A model generated the notes under the pieces. The model was given only the letters and a program-made list of their open reading frames with translations. It was not told the DNA's origin and made no database searches. Source: a virus. From it: a stretch of DNA of 64,000 bases. Positions 63,791 through 64,000 of the stretch are shown piece by piece (position 1 is the first letter of the stretch; each line of letters starts with the position of its first letter). The stretch lies in IMG/VR virus record IMGVR_UViG_3300043570_002098; one strand, given 5' to 3'. The position numbers and the translations under genes were made by a program.

Positions 63791-64000
63791 GGGGTATATA
63801 TTTGTTTTTAACACCTATGAATCCAACATACTCATGTCCCGTTTCATTTCTCATTTTGAGAAATAAAGCTCCGTTTTCAATTTTGATCATTCCATCAAAA
63901 CCTAAACCATCACAAGAAACGTCTGATTTGTCACCAGGTCTCATATGATGAGATACTTCTTTAATTGAAAAACTATATTCAACATCTGAATTAGTCCATT
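63777..64000 (-). CDS. Partial CDS (3' end)
   Basis: Open frame from the window edge ...WTNSDVEYSF...KYIPPIEE* ending TAA at 63777-63779. Confidence 0.6.
   Translation of the reverse strand, partial: WTNSDVEYSFSIKEVSHHMRPGDKSDVSCDGLGFDGMIKIENGALFLKMRNETGHEYVGFIGVKNKYIPPIEE

Noticed and set aside
1-64000. CRISPR array, transposase/integrase, or stop-codon reassignment
   Set aside because: No regularly spaced repeats or recombinase motifs were seen. Genes are intact under code 11 with TAA, TAG and TGA all used as stops, and no suppressor tRNA is present.

Overview
AT-rich, gene-dense 64 kb segment that reads as part of a huge (jumbo/mega) phage infecting a Bacteroidota host. Support: TTTG-N19-21-TAnnTTTG host-type promoters, no evident Shine-Dalgarno sites at the gene starts inspected, Bacteroidota-style signal peptides and lipoboxes, tRNAs, tmRNA, RNA ligase, KTSC proteins, a GH19 endolysin and no core cellular operons. 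Main blocks: (1) Hsp20 plus an N-domain-less ClpC and an RNA-repair operon (3.5-9.4 kb). (2) A ~14.4 kb minus-strand cell-envelope gene run (9.9-24.2 kb) bracketed by a 25-bp direct repeat. It encodes two CsgG-like proteins, three predicted outer-membrane barrels, two secreted dockerin/cohesin-like proteins (one with lectin and LCCL domains), lipoproteins, a lipase, PspC, FeoA and a prolyl-hydroxylase-like enzyme. This is the best candidate for an undescribed system. (3) An RNA island (25.3-28.6 kb) with five tRNAs, folded spacer RNAs and an ~800-nt GOLLD-like RNA, driven by host-type promoters with rRNA-style boxA elements, plus tmRNA at 31 kb. (4) Putative virion/internal proteins sharing an N-terminal motif and an upstream TATTTAT box. 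(5) A glycosylation cluster (GT60, GT4-like, 2x GT25, GT11, Glf), a dispersed SGNH-like family and heptose genes. All calls come from motif recognition by eye; no searches or folding programs were run.
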